Below are positions 40,231 to 57,844 of a stretch of 64,000 nt of DNA, one piece after another (the stretch's first letter is position 1; each line of letters begins with the position of its first letter). The stretch is taken from contig NIVC01001604.1 of assembly GCA_002269645.1 (NCBI GenBank), forward strand, positions 62,001 to 126,000. Reading direction: 5' to 3'. This DNA comes from Macrostomum lignano. Its lineage: Eukaryota. A program made the translations under genes and the position numbers. The notes under the pieces were generated by a model, which was given only the letters and a program-made list of their open reading frames with translations, had not been told where the DNA came from and made no database searches.

Positions 40231-40734
40231 AACATATGTTGATTTTTGGATTTCTCTTTATTTTACTTGCCAAGCAAGCCACTTTACTTAAATAAAATTT
40301 TAGTTTAGTTTGGTTTAGCTCTTGGCATTATCATTGAATTAGTAATAATATTATAATATAGGGGTTATATAATGAGTTGGCCCTCGCCCCTCATGGGCAT
40401 TTATCAAATTAATATTATTAGGCCAAGGGTCTAGTAATAATGGTTTTAGAACTTTATTAGCAATCTAGTGTCTCCTTTTGGGTTGCTCAAAAAGCAAGAA
40501 ACAAAAATTATTCATGCAAATCCATTAAAAGAACACATTTCTTAAGAACCAATCCCTTTTTCAGTTTAATAAATCACCTTATTTGTTTAAAACTTGTCAT
40601 GGACAAAGATGTTTGCTAGAGTCTCTATTTTTAGAAAGTAATAAAAGGACAACAGAATTAAGCCTTTATAAAGATAGTAGGCCTATGCATTCTCCTTGGC
40701 TTAAACTAAAAGCATCTCTTAAGTCTTATACTGC

Positions 40735-41105
40735 AGTCTGCAAGCATGCCCCTAATAGCAAGCATCCCAGTCCTAGATAGCAAATATCTCCTAATAGCAA
40801 GCATCCCTCAGATAGCAAGTATCCCTTAGATAACAAGCATAGCAAATATCTCTCAGATAACAACCATCTAGATTCTAGATAGCAAAAAACTCTCCTAGAT
40901 AGCAAGCATAACAGATAGTAAGATAGTAAGCATAGCAAGTATCTCCCAAATAACAAGTATCCTTCTAGGTCCAAATAGTAAATATCCCTTAGATAGCAAG
41001 CATCATTAAATAGCAAGCATCTTAGGCCTAAATAGCAAACATCCTTTAAATAGAATAAATCCCTACATAGCAAGCATCCCCCTCCTAGAGTAAGTAACCT
41101 TAGAT
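40735..41105 (+). repeat. Degenerate ~20-bp repeat (atagcaagcatcc.. core)
   Basis: tagcaagcat/tagcaaatat recurs with variable spacing. Confidence 0.65.
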
Positions 41106-42097
41106 AGAAATAGAAAGAATCCTCTATAGAATTTTAGTTGTCAATATTTATAAAAATCATATTTTGAAATCATTTTATAAAATTGAAAAGCAATTTTTTT
41201 GCTAAGCTAAGTTACAGGGATTTTTTAATCTTATACACATATAGAGATACATAGGGAAATGAAAATATACTATCTTAGTTATATATAAGGGCCTTAGTCT
41301 TAATCATATACTGTTAGCACAAATGTCTTGCTTTTAGCAATATTATCTATTAACTAACTAATAACAAAGCAATTATATTTATAATATATAATGCTTGAAA
41401 ATAAAAGTGTATCCTTAAGACCTTTTTAATACTAAAAAAGGTCCTGAAAAAGTACTAAGGTATAATTAAATGAATGTATCAATTTAAGTTATAATGGTCT
41501 ATAGTTAAAACTGGCCTAAATCGGGAGGGATGAGCCCCAATTGCAAGGCCCCATTTTGGCAGATTTTTAATTGGCTTTTATAAATTAACCGGCAAATTAC
41601 TTATTTTCCTGTAGTACCTATGTTTGTTGTATATAGCTTCTAGGCAAATGTTTCTTGCATTTGGCTATGCAACTTCAATTTAACTATGTGGGAGCTTGCC
41701 ACTAGCAATTCCCTAAGACATGATTACCTAGATAATGGCACCATGTTATTGCTAGGCCTAACTAATGGTTTTGCTCATTATGTCTTCTAGGTAGCACTGG
41801 AAATATAGCACTAGCAATGCTTCTTCAGTATCATATAGGTGACCAATTCTTGGATAGACGTGTGCAAGCATATACCAACTGTTATGCCCAGGTGTCAATT
41901 TGAAAGGGCTCATTTCTGAAGCTACTGTACAAGCACATGCAGTTCTTGCCCATGTGGTCCAACGTCCAACCTTAAAGTGTGTGCCTATCTGACGATGGAA
42001 GTCAGGGCTCAGGGGTCAACAGATCAGGATGCAGGTCTACTGTCTCCTTGATTTGCTCAAAGCCTGGTAACATGGCTTATAAACTAACATATTGCAG

Positions 42098-44277
42098 ACA
42101 TCATCAACACTGCGGGAGCTGCTGGATATTGCTGAGCAGCTGACATCAGCAGATGGCGGAGCTGCAGACTCCGCCTGGGAGCAGTGCATGGCCGCCCTCC
42201 TCTCTGCTCTGGCTCACCAGCCCACAGATTGCTCGCTTGACCAGCTGCTGCTTAGCAACCAGGATGGAGCAAGGCGCTTAATCCGCATCGTTGCGCACCG
42301 GCCTGGCAGTCCCGGGGCACTGAAGTGCCTCATCAATTTGGCCGGCTCTGGCGATGGAAGCTGGGCGGTGCGGCTGCTGGCGGCCGCGGATTCGGGCGAG
42401 CCCGCGGCCGATGTCGCCGAGCTGGTGCGGCTGCTGCTGGACGCCGATTGCCCCGAGGCGGATTTGGCCGGCCGGGCGCTGCTCAATTTGAGTCGGGAGG
42501 CCAAATTGGCCGAAGCCCTCATGGCCCGGCTGGGGACTGAAGAGCAGGGCTGCCACGTGATTGACAGGTGAGCTCCCGGACTCTGCCAGACCAGATTGCT
42601 GATAGGGAGACACGTGTTGTCATGGCGATTCTCGTGTAGGACGATATTCTAAGAGACCGATTCTCACGGGGTCTTGAGTGGATTCAGATGGCGGCAGCGA
42701 GTCTTCAGCCCTTTCCCTTTCAGGCTGGCCCACGCCGTCAGCGTCCCGGGCTTCAACCGCCGCGGCTGCAACCTGGACTCAGCCGCCGGCCTGCTACAGA
42801 ACTTTGCCCAGCTGCCGCTCGCCCGGCGCCGCCTGGCCTCCCAGCCTGGCGCCCTCGGCCGCCTGACAGGCCGTCTGGCTGCCTCCGCACTGGCCGCGGC
42901 GCCCCTTTCGGCGGACCGTCGCCGCTACCTGTACGGCTTGCTGAAGAACCTCTGCTTCAGCTCCGACCTGCACCCGAGCCTGTGCGACCCCGCCTGCGGA
43001 CTTGTGGTGGCGCTGGCCACCCCGCTGGCTGGCCCGGAGGTTGGTGGCGGGGCAGGGAGTTCTGGGCGCTGCCCAACTGAGCTTGGAATTGTGAAGACTG
43101 CGTCACGTATTTAGGATTACTAATCCCAGATCCTGTCTTGGGCATCGCCCTGGCAGATCCTCAGATTGAAGGTTGAAGCTGATCTCAGATCCTCAGATTG
43201 GATGCTCATCCCAGATCCCCAGATTGGTTGCTCATCCCAGATCCCCAGATTGGATACTCATCCCAGATCCCCAGATTGGATACTCATCCCAGATCCCCAG
43301 ATTGGATGCTCATCCCAGATCCCCAGATTGGATGCTCATCCCAGATCCCCAGATTGGATGCTCATCCCAGATCCCCAGATTGGATGCTCATCCCAGATCC
43401 CCAGATTGGATGCTCATCCCAGATCCCCAGATTGGATGCTCATCCTAGATCCCCAGATTGGATTCTCATCCCAGATCCCCAGATTGGATGCTCATCCCAG
43501 ATCCCCAGATTGGATGCTCATCCCAGATCCCCAGATTGGATGCTCATCCCAGATCCCCAGATTGGAAGCTCATCCCAGATCCCCAGATTGGATGCTCATC
43601 CCAGATCCCCAGATTGGATGCTCATCCCAGATCCCCAGATTGGATGCTTATCCCAGATCCCCAGATTGGATGCTCATCCCAGATCCCCAGATTGGATGCT
43701 CATCCCAGATCCCCAGATTGGATGCTCATCCCAGATCCCCAGATTGGATGCTCACCCCAGATCCTCAGATTGGATGCTCATCCCAGATCCCCAGATTGGA
43801 TGCTCATCCCAGATCCTCAACCAAAACGATTGCCAATAGCTGAACTTTCAGAACCCCAGTTGGCGCCCGAATTCGCAGGACTCCATCGATGACGAGGACA
43901 TGTCCCGCCTGCCGCCGGCCCTGCAGTTCCTGCCTGGCAGCCCGGAGGCGGCAGCCACCCGCGGCGACGATTGGACCCTGGCCTGCTGCCTGGACGCCCT
44001 GCTGCTGCTGTGCGCTTCCCCGGCCGGCCGGGCGCACCTCAAACAGTGCAGCGTGTACTTCCTGTTGCGCGAGTTGCACAAATCCGCCGGTCTCCCGGCC
44101 CGCCTGCGGCTCGCCGCCGAGCGAGTCGTCGACGTGCTGATCGCCGACGACCCGATCGAGGGCGACCTGCACGCCACTGCGGTGCCGGCCGAGGTCGCCC
44201 AACAGCTGGCCGCCTCAGACGCTGTGCTGTGCCAGGAAGAGACGGCGACGGCAGCTGGCGATTCGACTGCTGCCTGA
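42098..44277 (+). CDS. HGH1: HGH1 homolog (eEF2 chaperone, FAM203 family); start-codon exon not located
   Basis: Exons 42098-42567, 42724-43039, 43879-44277 (phases 2,0). Motifs: ALKCLINLA, ALLNLSRE, LLKNLCF, LAGPE|DSIDDEDMSRLPPALQFLP, YFLLRELH, VDVLIADDP. The first seen exon opens at an acceptor (ttgcag|), so the ATG lies upstream. Confidence 0.88.
43185..43818 (+). repeat. 27-bp minisatellite, HGH1 intron
   Basis: Unit cagattggatgctcatcccagatcccc. Confidence 0.95.
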
Positions 44278-44945
44278 TTGGCATGGCAACAGGGCTTTAC
44301 TATTCGGAGTCATGTGAATAATGTCATTGACTTAACATCTTGGTACTTTGCGACTTTTAATCGCAGAAATCTAAAAATTACTGCGTTAGTTCCAGTGTAG
44401 ACAAACTAATGCAAGCCTACATGTACATGTTCTAGATTATTAGAGCACCTGTTGTGGCTGCTAGCCAAAGGACTGAAGTCAACTTAAGTTGAATGGAGGC
44501 TCTCACCTAATGAGCTAGCACTCAAATCTTTTATTGTCTGACTCAGTGCGCGTACGGTAAATAATTGAATTTAATAAAAGTGTTGCAGACAGCACTTTCC
44601 AGTCCAAATACTATAAAGTCTATAGGAGTCCATGTCGTATTGTTTTTGTTGGTTTTTAATCGCCAAGCTTACACAGTCAAATGGTGATGCCGTTTTCACG
44701 CTCTGCGCATTTCCAGTTAATTTTCTGGCTTTGCTTTTTCAACAAAAAAATAAACAAAACTGGCGCATGAGATCTACAAAGTTGCGCACTGATTTGATGC
44801 AGTTGCAGCGCCATACTGGCTTCAGAATCTATTATATTTATTTATTTATTTATATATTACACGGCACTTGGCAATTGAAAAACGACGTTGCTAAAAATGA
44901 AGGCGCATTTTTAGGCAAAAAAAATCTGCAACAATTTTGAACCAA

Positions 44946-49851
<4,906 letters not shown>

Positions 49852-49944
49852 GCAAGTGAATATGTTCAGCATGGATTAAAAAAAACTTTAAGTACTTTTA
49901 GAATTCGCAATGGCTATAGATTGACTGGGTATTAGGAGCTAACG

Positions 49945-50400
49945 GGCTGCGACTCAGGATGGCTGGGATTGGTTGGGATTCAGGGTGGCCCTGATTGGCT
50001 GCGACTCAGGATGGCTGGGATTGGTTGGGATTCAGGGTGGCCCTGATTGGCTGCGACTCAGGATGGCTGGGATTGGTTGGGATTCAGGGTGGCGCTGATT
50101 GGCTGCGACTCAGGATGGCTGGGATTGGTTGGGATTCAGGGTGGCCCTGATTGGCTGCGACTCAGGATGGCTGGGATTGGTTGGGATTCAGGGTGGCCCT
50201 GATTGGCTGCGACTCAGGATGGCTGGGATTGGTTGGGATTCAGGGTGGCCCTGATTGGCTGCGACTCAGGATGGCTGGGATTGGTTGGGATTCAGGGTGG
50301 CCCTGATTGGCTGCGACTCAGGATGGCTGTGTTTGGCTGGGATTCAGGGTGGCCCTGATTGGCTGCGACTCGGGATGGCTCAGGTTGTCTAGGATTCCTG
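49945..50400 (-). repeat. 52-bp minisatellite (2x26 dimer) with two CCAAT boxes per unit, immediately 5' of the Rel-like ATG
   Basis: gactcagg recurs at 49951, 50003, ...; the minus strand carries agccaatcag and aaccaatccc. Confidence 0.92.
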
Positions 50401-50829
50401 GTGGCTATGATTGGCCCGTTCAGGATAGCATCTCTATGCAATCAGAAATTATACCTATAAAATAAATTTGGAGGCAGTCAGAATCGTCGAGCAGCATCGA
50501 TAAACTATCGGCAATGCATTTAATTGAACAAAAAGATTGAAAATGCAAAACAAGCAATCGAAAACTGTTACAAAATCACAATTCTTTTAAATTCTATTAA
50601 ATGTGTCATTTTAAACACGCATGGCATTCTATTGACCAAAGGCAAAATACTTAATTGTCGCATTGCAAAAGAAAGTTTTTTTTTAAACTAAGTTAGCTGG
50701 CTTGCTAAGCGAAATGGACGAGATGACAACGCTAACTCCTTGTTATTAGGTTGGCTGCTTTGTGACGGATTTGTTGGTTGATATGCAGATTAATAGGTTG
50801 GTGTGGAAATTGGCTGGTTGATTTGCGTG

Positions 50830-51045
50830 TTTGTTGCTATGCGTTAAGGGTCTGTTGCTATGCGTTAAAGGTCTGTTGCTATGCGTTAAAGGTCTGTTGC
50901 TATGCGTTAAGGGTCTGTTGCTATGCGTTAAGGGTCTGTTGCTATGCGTTAAGGGTCTGTTGCTATGCGTTAAGGGTCTGTTGCTGTGCGTTAATGGTCT
51001 GTTGTTATGCGGAATATTTTGTTGCTATGCGGAAGGGTTACTATG
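50830..51045 (+). repeat. 21-bp minisatellite
   Basis: Unit gttgctatgcgttaagggtct. Confidence 0.9.
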
Positions 51046-51127
51046 AGTAAGTGATGGCTGCAATGCTATGCCATGAGACAGAAACTATAAAATAATCGTG
51101 TTTAGACCGGTGGCAACGCGGTGCACT

Positions 51128-54100
51128 TCAAGGGTCGGCCTCGTCCTCCAGCCCGAAGCCGGGCTCCCAGTCGATGGACTGCGGCACGGCCACAGTCTCG
51201 AAGCAGACAATCTGATCGCCGGGCAGGTAGGAGACGCCGGCGGGCAGGTCAAGCTGGACTCCGCACTCCATACCGCTGCGCACTGTCTCTACGGTTGACT
51301 TGAGGTGCCGCAGGCTGGCACACCGACCGGTGAAAACTGTCTGGCCGTTGCGCACCAACCGGAAATGCTTCTTCCGGCTGAGCTGGCCGGACTTGCAGGC
51401 GCAGCCGGCCACGGCCACTTTGTGGTGGCTGCCGCCGGGGCCGCTGACGTGGAACACCTGCAGCACGTCGGCGCTGCCGATTGGCCGCTCCTCCTCCTTG
51501 GGCGGCAGCGCGGCGGTCAGGCGGGCCTTCAGGTCCGCGATCATGTGGTACACCACCCGGTGCTCCACGACCGGCACGCCCGCGGCTGCGGCTGCTGTCG
51601 AAACGTCCTGCGGCACCTGCCGTGGGCAGAGAAACACGCAACCGCATTGACTTCCATGTATACTGATGAAATCTTTGGGAATTTTCCACAATACCCCCAC
51701 TGATTGAACGGTGGAATTTCCACAACACCATCACTGATTGAATGGTGGAATTTCCACAACACCCTCACTAATTGAATGATGGAATTTCCACAACACCCTC
51801 ACTGATTGAACGGTGGAATTTCCACAACACCCTCACTGATTGAACGGTGGAATTTCCACAATACCCCCACTGATTGAATGGTGGAATTTCCACAACACCC
51901 TCACTGATTGAATGGTGGAATTTCCACAACACCCTCACTGATTGAATGGTGGAATTCCACTCACTGATTGAATGGTGGAATTCCACAACACTCTCACTGA
52001 TTGAATGGTGGAATTCCACAACACCTCACTGATTGAATGGTGGAATTCCCACAACACCCTCACTGATTGAATGGTGGAATTCCCCACAACACCCTCACTG
52101 ATTGAATGGTGGAATTCCCCACAACACCCTCACTGATTGAATGGTGGAATTCCCCACAACACCCTCACTGATTGAATCACTCACTGATTGAATGGTGGAA
52201 TTCCCCACAACACCCTCACTGATTGAATGGTGGAATTCCCCACAACGCCCTATCTCTCACTCTCTCACCGGAACATTGAAGCAGCACAGAAGGCCATCGA
52301 AATCGGCCAGCGTCTCCACGTCGCTAATGGTGGGCGGGCCGACCTCGAAGCTGACCAGGTCGAGGTGGCAGCGCGGATCGGCGTAGCCGGACAGCAGGCC
52401 CAGGATGGCCTCCAGGCTGCCGTCGGCGTCGGCCCGGATGGTCAGCGACAGGCGGGGCTCGGTGCCTGCGCGATCGAGTCAGAGAATCGATTTGTGTGTA
52501 CTTTCACGGCATGTTTGTCCCTTTGGTATACAATCGTGACATCAGTAAACTCTACGACTTTATAATCAGTCCTTTAGAAAACGTTAACTCTCGCAAGCTG
52601 TAGACTTAGGAGTAAATCCTATATACTAAATAGGTATTCATACTAAAATGTAACAAATTGCACAAATGAATACAAACAATGCGTAAGTACCTAAAGTAAC
52701 TTATTCTGTAGTTATTCAGAGAGTACTGGAAAGATAACGTTGAAGTGCGGAGAGAACTTTAGGCAAAGTGCACAGAGGACTATAGAGAAAGTGCACAAAG
52801 AACTTTGGAGAAAGTGAGTAGAGAAAGAGAAAGTGCACAAAGAACTTTAGAGAAAGTGCGTAGAGAACTTTAGAGAAAGTGCGTATAGAACTTTAGAGAA
52901 AGTGCGTAGAGAACTTTAGAGAAAGTGCGTAGAGAACTTTAGAGAAAGTGCGTAGAGAACTTTAGAGAAAGTGAGTAGAGAACTTTAGAGAAAGTGAGTA
53001 GAGAACTTTAGAGAAAGTGAGTAGAGAACTTTAGAGAAAGTGAGTAGAGAACTTTAGAGAAAGTGAGTAGAGAACTTTAGAGAAAGTGAGTAGAGAACTT
53101 TAGAGAAAGTGAGTAGAGAACTTTAGAGAAAGTGAGTAGAGACCTTAGCTTAGAGAAAGGGCACAGAGAGCCTCGGAACAAAGATCTTAAAAATATGATC
53201 ATCAACGAGACCCACCATGCGCGAACTTCGAGTCCATCAGTTGCCGGGCGGTGTCCGCCAGCTCGTCGCTGGCCTTGTGCCGCCGCCGCTCCCTGATGGA
53301 CATGTCAGCCAAGCCGGCCAGGTGCTCGCTGTAGGCCCGCTGCCACTCCCGCCTGGCCTCCTCGCTGGCCGCGGCGTCGGCGGCAGACTTGGCCTCTACT
53401 GCGCGGCGCTCTCGCTGCGCAATGACCGCCCTGGCGAGCCGCTCGGAGGCCGCCTCGAGCGCGGACTCACCGGCCGAAGGCAGCTGGCGCCAGCCGGCAA
53501 TCTCGGCCGCCCGGCCAGGCAGCAGACGGTCAACTGGCCGGCCGAGGTCGTCAGTCATGCGGCGCACTCGGCAGAAGGCGCGGCCGGCCACCAGGACGGT
53601 CCCCGGCTTCACACAGCCGCGGGTGCACAGGAGGCTGGCGGTTTTGCCGAGGCCCTGGGCAGATAAAACACAGCGATGATTGACAGGTACAAGAGTATGT
53701 AATAGACTCTCACAATTCCATTTTAAACCACATCTCTGTCAATCCAAAAATCAGAGCCTCTAATAATTTGAGAAATTTCAAATCCTAGCCAATCCCAGCA
53801 ATCCAAAATCCCAGCCAATCAGAGCAAGTAAAAGTCTCAGCCAATCAGAGCAAGTTAAAATCTCAGCCAATCAGAGCAAGTTAAAATCCCAGCCAATCAG
53901 AGGAATCCAAAATCCCAGCCAATCAGAGCAATCCAAAATCCTAGCCAATCAGAGCAATCCAAAATCCTAGCCAATCACAGCAATCCAAAATCCCAGCCAA
54001 TCAGAGCAATCCAAAATCCCAGCCAATCAGAGCAATCCAAAATCCCAGCCAATCAGAGCAATCCAAAATCCTAGCCAAACAGCAATCCCGAGCCGAATTA

Positions 54101-57100
54101 CCTTCGACTGACCGGACTCGATAACGACGCCCTCAGCCCGGCCCTGCATGTTGGCCCGCAACTCCAGCAGCTCCGCCAGGGCCAGGACGGCCTCAAGCAG
54201 TCGCTCGACGCCGCTGCCCTTCAGCGCAGACACTGGCACGCACTGGACGTCGCCTCCGAGTTCTTCAACAAGTACGCCGTGCTTGCTGAGTTCCTGCATG
54301 ACGGAGTCGGGCTGCGCCTCGCGCTTGTCCACCTTGTTGACGGCCACCACCATGGGGACGCCAGCGGCCGATATGTAGCGCAGGCTCTCCAGCGTCTGCG
54401 GCATGACGCCATCGTCGGCGGCGACCACCAGAACGGCGATGTCGGTGGCGCTGGCGCCTCGCTGGCGCATGTTGCTGAAGGCGGCGTGGCCCGGAGTGTC
54501 CAAGAAGGTGATGCAACCTGCGGCAGTGCGGAGGGGCCGCGTGTGTGGGGGATTTTCCTCCTTTGATCCCATGAATCTCCACCCGATGGATTCAAGTGCT
54601 AGCCTACTAAAAGGGGAACAGCTGATCCTAAAATTCCAAACTACACGTGCCTGAAGGATGCCAGGCCTGAGAAATCCCCATTTTTACTTTAAGCGACTTT
54701 TTGTCACCCAACCGGCGAGAGGCCTTACTGCCCATTCCGCCGGCTCCCCTGAGCAGGCACACAAGCGCAAGGATATGTACGCAGTCACACGCACAGACAC
54801 ACCCAGGAGTGTACAGCGGCCCTGACTTTATTTATGCTTAGGCATGTACACTCCACTGTGCCTTGGAAACTGGCCCTCAAGGGCGTTGATTACACAAGCA
54901 GATCCAACGAGTGATTGCACTTGGAATCGAGCCTGGGCCGCTGGCATATCTAAACGCTCAGTAGAAATCCCTAAAGAAATTATCCCAACTAGAATTACCC
55001 GAACCTGTGACCCCAAGCTCAGAAGTGGCAGCGGGAGGACCCCCAACGCGCATACCGTCTCTGTTGTCATACGAGGCGGCCTGCGGCAGCTGCACGGTGA
55101 AGGCACCAATCCGCTGGGTGATGCCGCCAAACTCGGCTTCCACAAGCCGCGAGTGGCGCAGCCGGTCCAGCAGGGTGGTCTTGCCGTGATCCACGTGGCC
55201 CAGGATGGCCACCACTGGCGGCCGGCGAGCCAAGTTCTGGGGGCTGTCGGCTGCGTCACTGGCTGGATGGAGAAGAGCAGCCTCCGGATCGTCAGGATCG
55301 AAGTCTTGGCTGCTGCTGGGAGGGCGGAGTGGTGCGTTTAACAGCTGCATGATAGAGTCTAACAACTGAGATTCGTGTCTAACAGCTGCATGATAGAGTC
55401 TAACAGGTGGGATTCGTGTCTAACAGCTGCATGATAGAGTCTAACAACTGAGATTCGTGTCTAACAGCTGCATGATAGAGTCTAACAACTGAGATTCGTG
55501 TCTAACAGCTGCATGATAGTCTAACAGGTGAGATTCGTGTCTAACAGCTGCATGATAGTCTAACAGGTGAGATTCGTGTCTAACAGCTGCATGATAGTGT
55601 CTAACAACTGAGATTCGTGTCTAACAGCTGCATGATAGAGTCTAACAACTGAGATTCGTGTCTAACAGCTGCATGATAGAGTCTAACAACCGAGATTCGT
55701 GTCTAACAGCTGCATGATAGAGTCTAACAGGTGAGATTCGTGTTTAACAGCTGCATGATAGAGTCTAACAACTGAGATTCGTGTCTAACAGCTGCATGAT
55801 AGAGTCTAACAACTGAGATTCGTGTCTAACAGCTGCATGATAGAGTCTAACAACTGAGATTCGTGTCTAACAGCTGCATGATAGTCTAACAGGTGAGATT
55901 CGTGTCTAACAGCTGCATGATAGTGTCTAACAACTGAGATTCGTGTCTAACAGCTGCATGATAGAGTCTAACAGGTGAGATTCGTGTTTAACAGCTGCAT
56001 GATAGAGTCTAACAGGTGAGATTCGTGTTTAACAGCTGCATGATAGTCTAACAACTGAGATTCGTGTCTAACAGCAGCATGATAGAGTCTAACAGGTGAG
56101 ATTCGTGTTTAACAGCTGCATGATAGAGTCTAACAGGTGAGATTCGTGTTTAACAGCTGCATGATAGTCTAACAGGTGAGATTCGTGTTTAACAGCTGCA
56201 TGATAGAGTCTATCAGGTGAGATTCGTGTTTAACAGCTGCATGATAAAGTCTAACAGGTGAGATTCGTGTCTAACAGCTGCATGATAGAGTCTAACATGT
56301 GAGATTCGTGTTTAACAGCTGCATGATAGAGTCTAACAGGTGAGATTCGTGTTTAACAGCTGCATGACGAAAAGGTGACTGTTGCTAACCTGATGACAAA
56401 CAAATGTACCCAACAAATTTACGGCTAAAATTAAGTCCATGGTGTCTAAGAAGGAAGTCACGATGCTAATAAATTAATAAACTGCATAGTTTTGTAGCAC
56501 TACCTAATGACTGTAGCAGCGCCGCCAACTGCGGCCGGGTGATGAGGCCTGAGAGGCTGGTCGGCATGCTGAGGTTGCTGGTGATGAGGCCTGGGAGGCT
56601 GGTCGGCATGCTGAGGCTGCAGGTGATGAGGCCTGGGAGGCTGGCCGGCAGGCTGCTGAGGCTGCAGGTGATGAGGCCTGGGAGGCTGGCCGGCAGGCTG
56701 TTGAGGCTGCAGGTGATGAGGAGTGGGAGGCTGGGGCTGCAGGGGCGCCTCCTCCCCATCGGGGGCGGCATCAAGCAGGAGGAAGTCGCGGCCGTACATG
56801 CGGCAGACTTGCGCCACGCAGTCCGCATCTGTGAGGGGGGTGTCCGGCCGGAGTCGGCCGCGGAATCCGACGCGCTTAGCGCTGTGTCCGACAACTTTAG
56901 CGTCGCGTCCGAGCTGCTCGGCCAGTCGGGCCAGCGGCATGCCCGGCCAGAGCTGCACGGGGGGTTGCGCAGTTTTCTTTCTCGGCGCCTTGCCCTCCGA
57001 AGCCGCCCAAGGTCGCAGATCCTCTTTGGCGATGTCGACGCGCTTGGCGAGTCCACCGATGGGGGCCGTGTGCAGCGAGGAGAGCAGGACGGAGACTGGG

Positions 57101-57201
57101 GATGAGGCGGAGGCTGCTCGCTGGCAGCTGAGACGGAGGCCGCCAAGGCCGGCGGCGGCTGTCACTGACAACTGCAACGGGGATTCCAAGGGGATTAGCA
57201 T
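51128..57201 (-). CDS. MTIF2: Mitochondrial translation initiation factor IF-2, 6 exons
   Basis: Exons 57201-56504, 55315-55056, 54517-54102, 53654-53216, 52465-52269, 51616-51128 (phases 2,1,0,1,0). G motifs [40 protein letters not shown] and VAVNKVD; IF2 C-terminus VAGC..FRLVRNG..SLRHLK..GMECG. The N-terminus is Arg/Ser/Leu/Ala-rich, like a presequence. The exon 1 donor is less certain. Confidence 0.92.
51677..52250 (+). repeat. 34-bp minisatellite with kB-like palindromic cores, MTIF2 intron 5
   Basis: Unit gattgaatggtggaatttccacaacaccctcact; later units read ggaattcccc. Confidence 0.93.
52770..53145 (+). repeat. 23-bp minisatellite, MTIF2 intron 4
   Basis: Unit gtagagaactttagagaaagtga. 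Confidence 0.92.
53780..54085 (+). repeat. 26-bp CCAAT-containing minisatellite, MTIF2 intron 3
   Basis: Unit ccagccaatcagagcaatccaaaatc. Confidence 0.92.
55337..56367 (+). repeat. 41-bp minisatellite with E-boxes (CAGCTG, CAGGTG), MTIF2 intron 1
   Basis: Unit taacagctgcatgatagagtctaacaactgagattcgtgtc. Confidence 0.95.
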
Positions 57202-57844
57202 TTTATAGCGGTTAGGATAGCAACATGGATTGGAACCATAGGGGACTAAGATAACCGGGCTGTATAAACTATTTATGAATTTCCAGCATGAGCTAGGAGT
57301 AATTCTTAACTGCATTGTACAGTACTTCCAGACTGCTATGACAAGACAAGATCCTAGCAGGTATGGCACAGCTACAGCAGAAATTAATGAGAACACAAGG
57401 CCCAACGCAAGCTGATAAATATTGAATCGGTCTAGACTGAAAGCTTTAATTTTTGAAAGTAATTTCTCATTTATGCACAACAGAATATAAGTATAGATAT
57501 AGTATATTTATAATTATTCATAATGCTTAGGCAATAATTTCGTATGCAACAGCATGAGACGGAGGCAAAGCAGCTTGTGCACAGTGCAGTTGCAAGCAAT
57601 AATAAAAGACAGATTGGTATAGGCCATGAACAAGCATTTCTTCGCACAAATTTTAGAAAACCATCGAGACATTCAATAAACTTCATTTCAAATTTAATTG
57701 CGCCCGAAATACCGGACACTGAGGCCAAGCTTTTTTTATAAGTACAAAGCCGTTTGCTAGCAATCTTAGCATCCATTGTATGTTGGAGTGAGAGTTATGG
57801 ATCTCTATTGTACATTGGGTAGGAGCAGGGGGTTGGAGGTCAGG

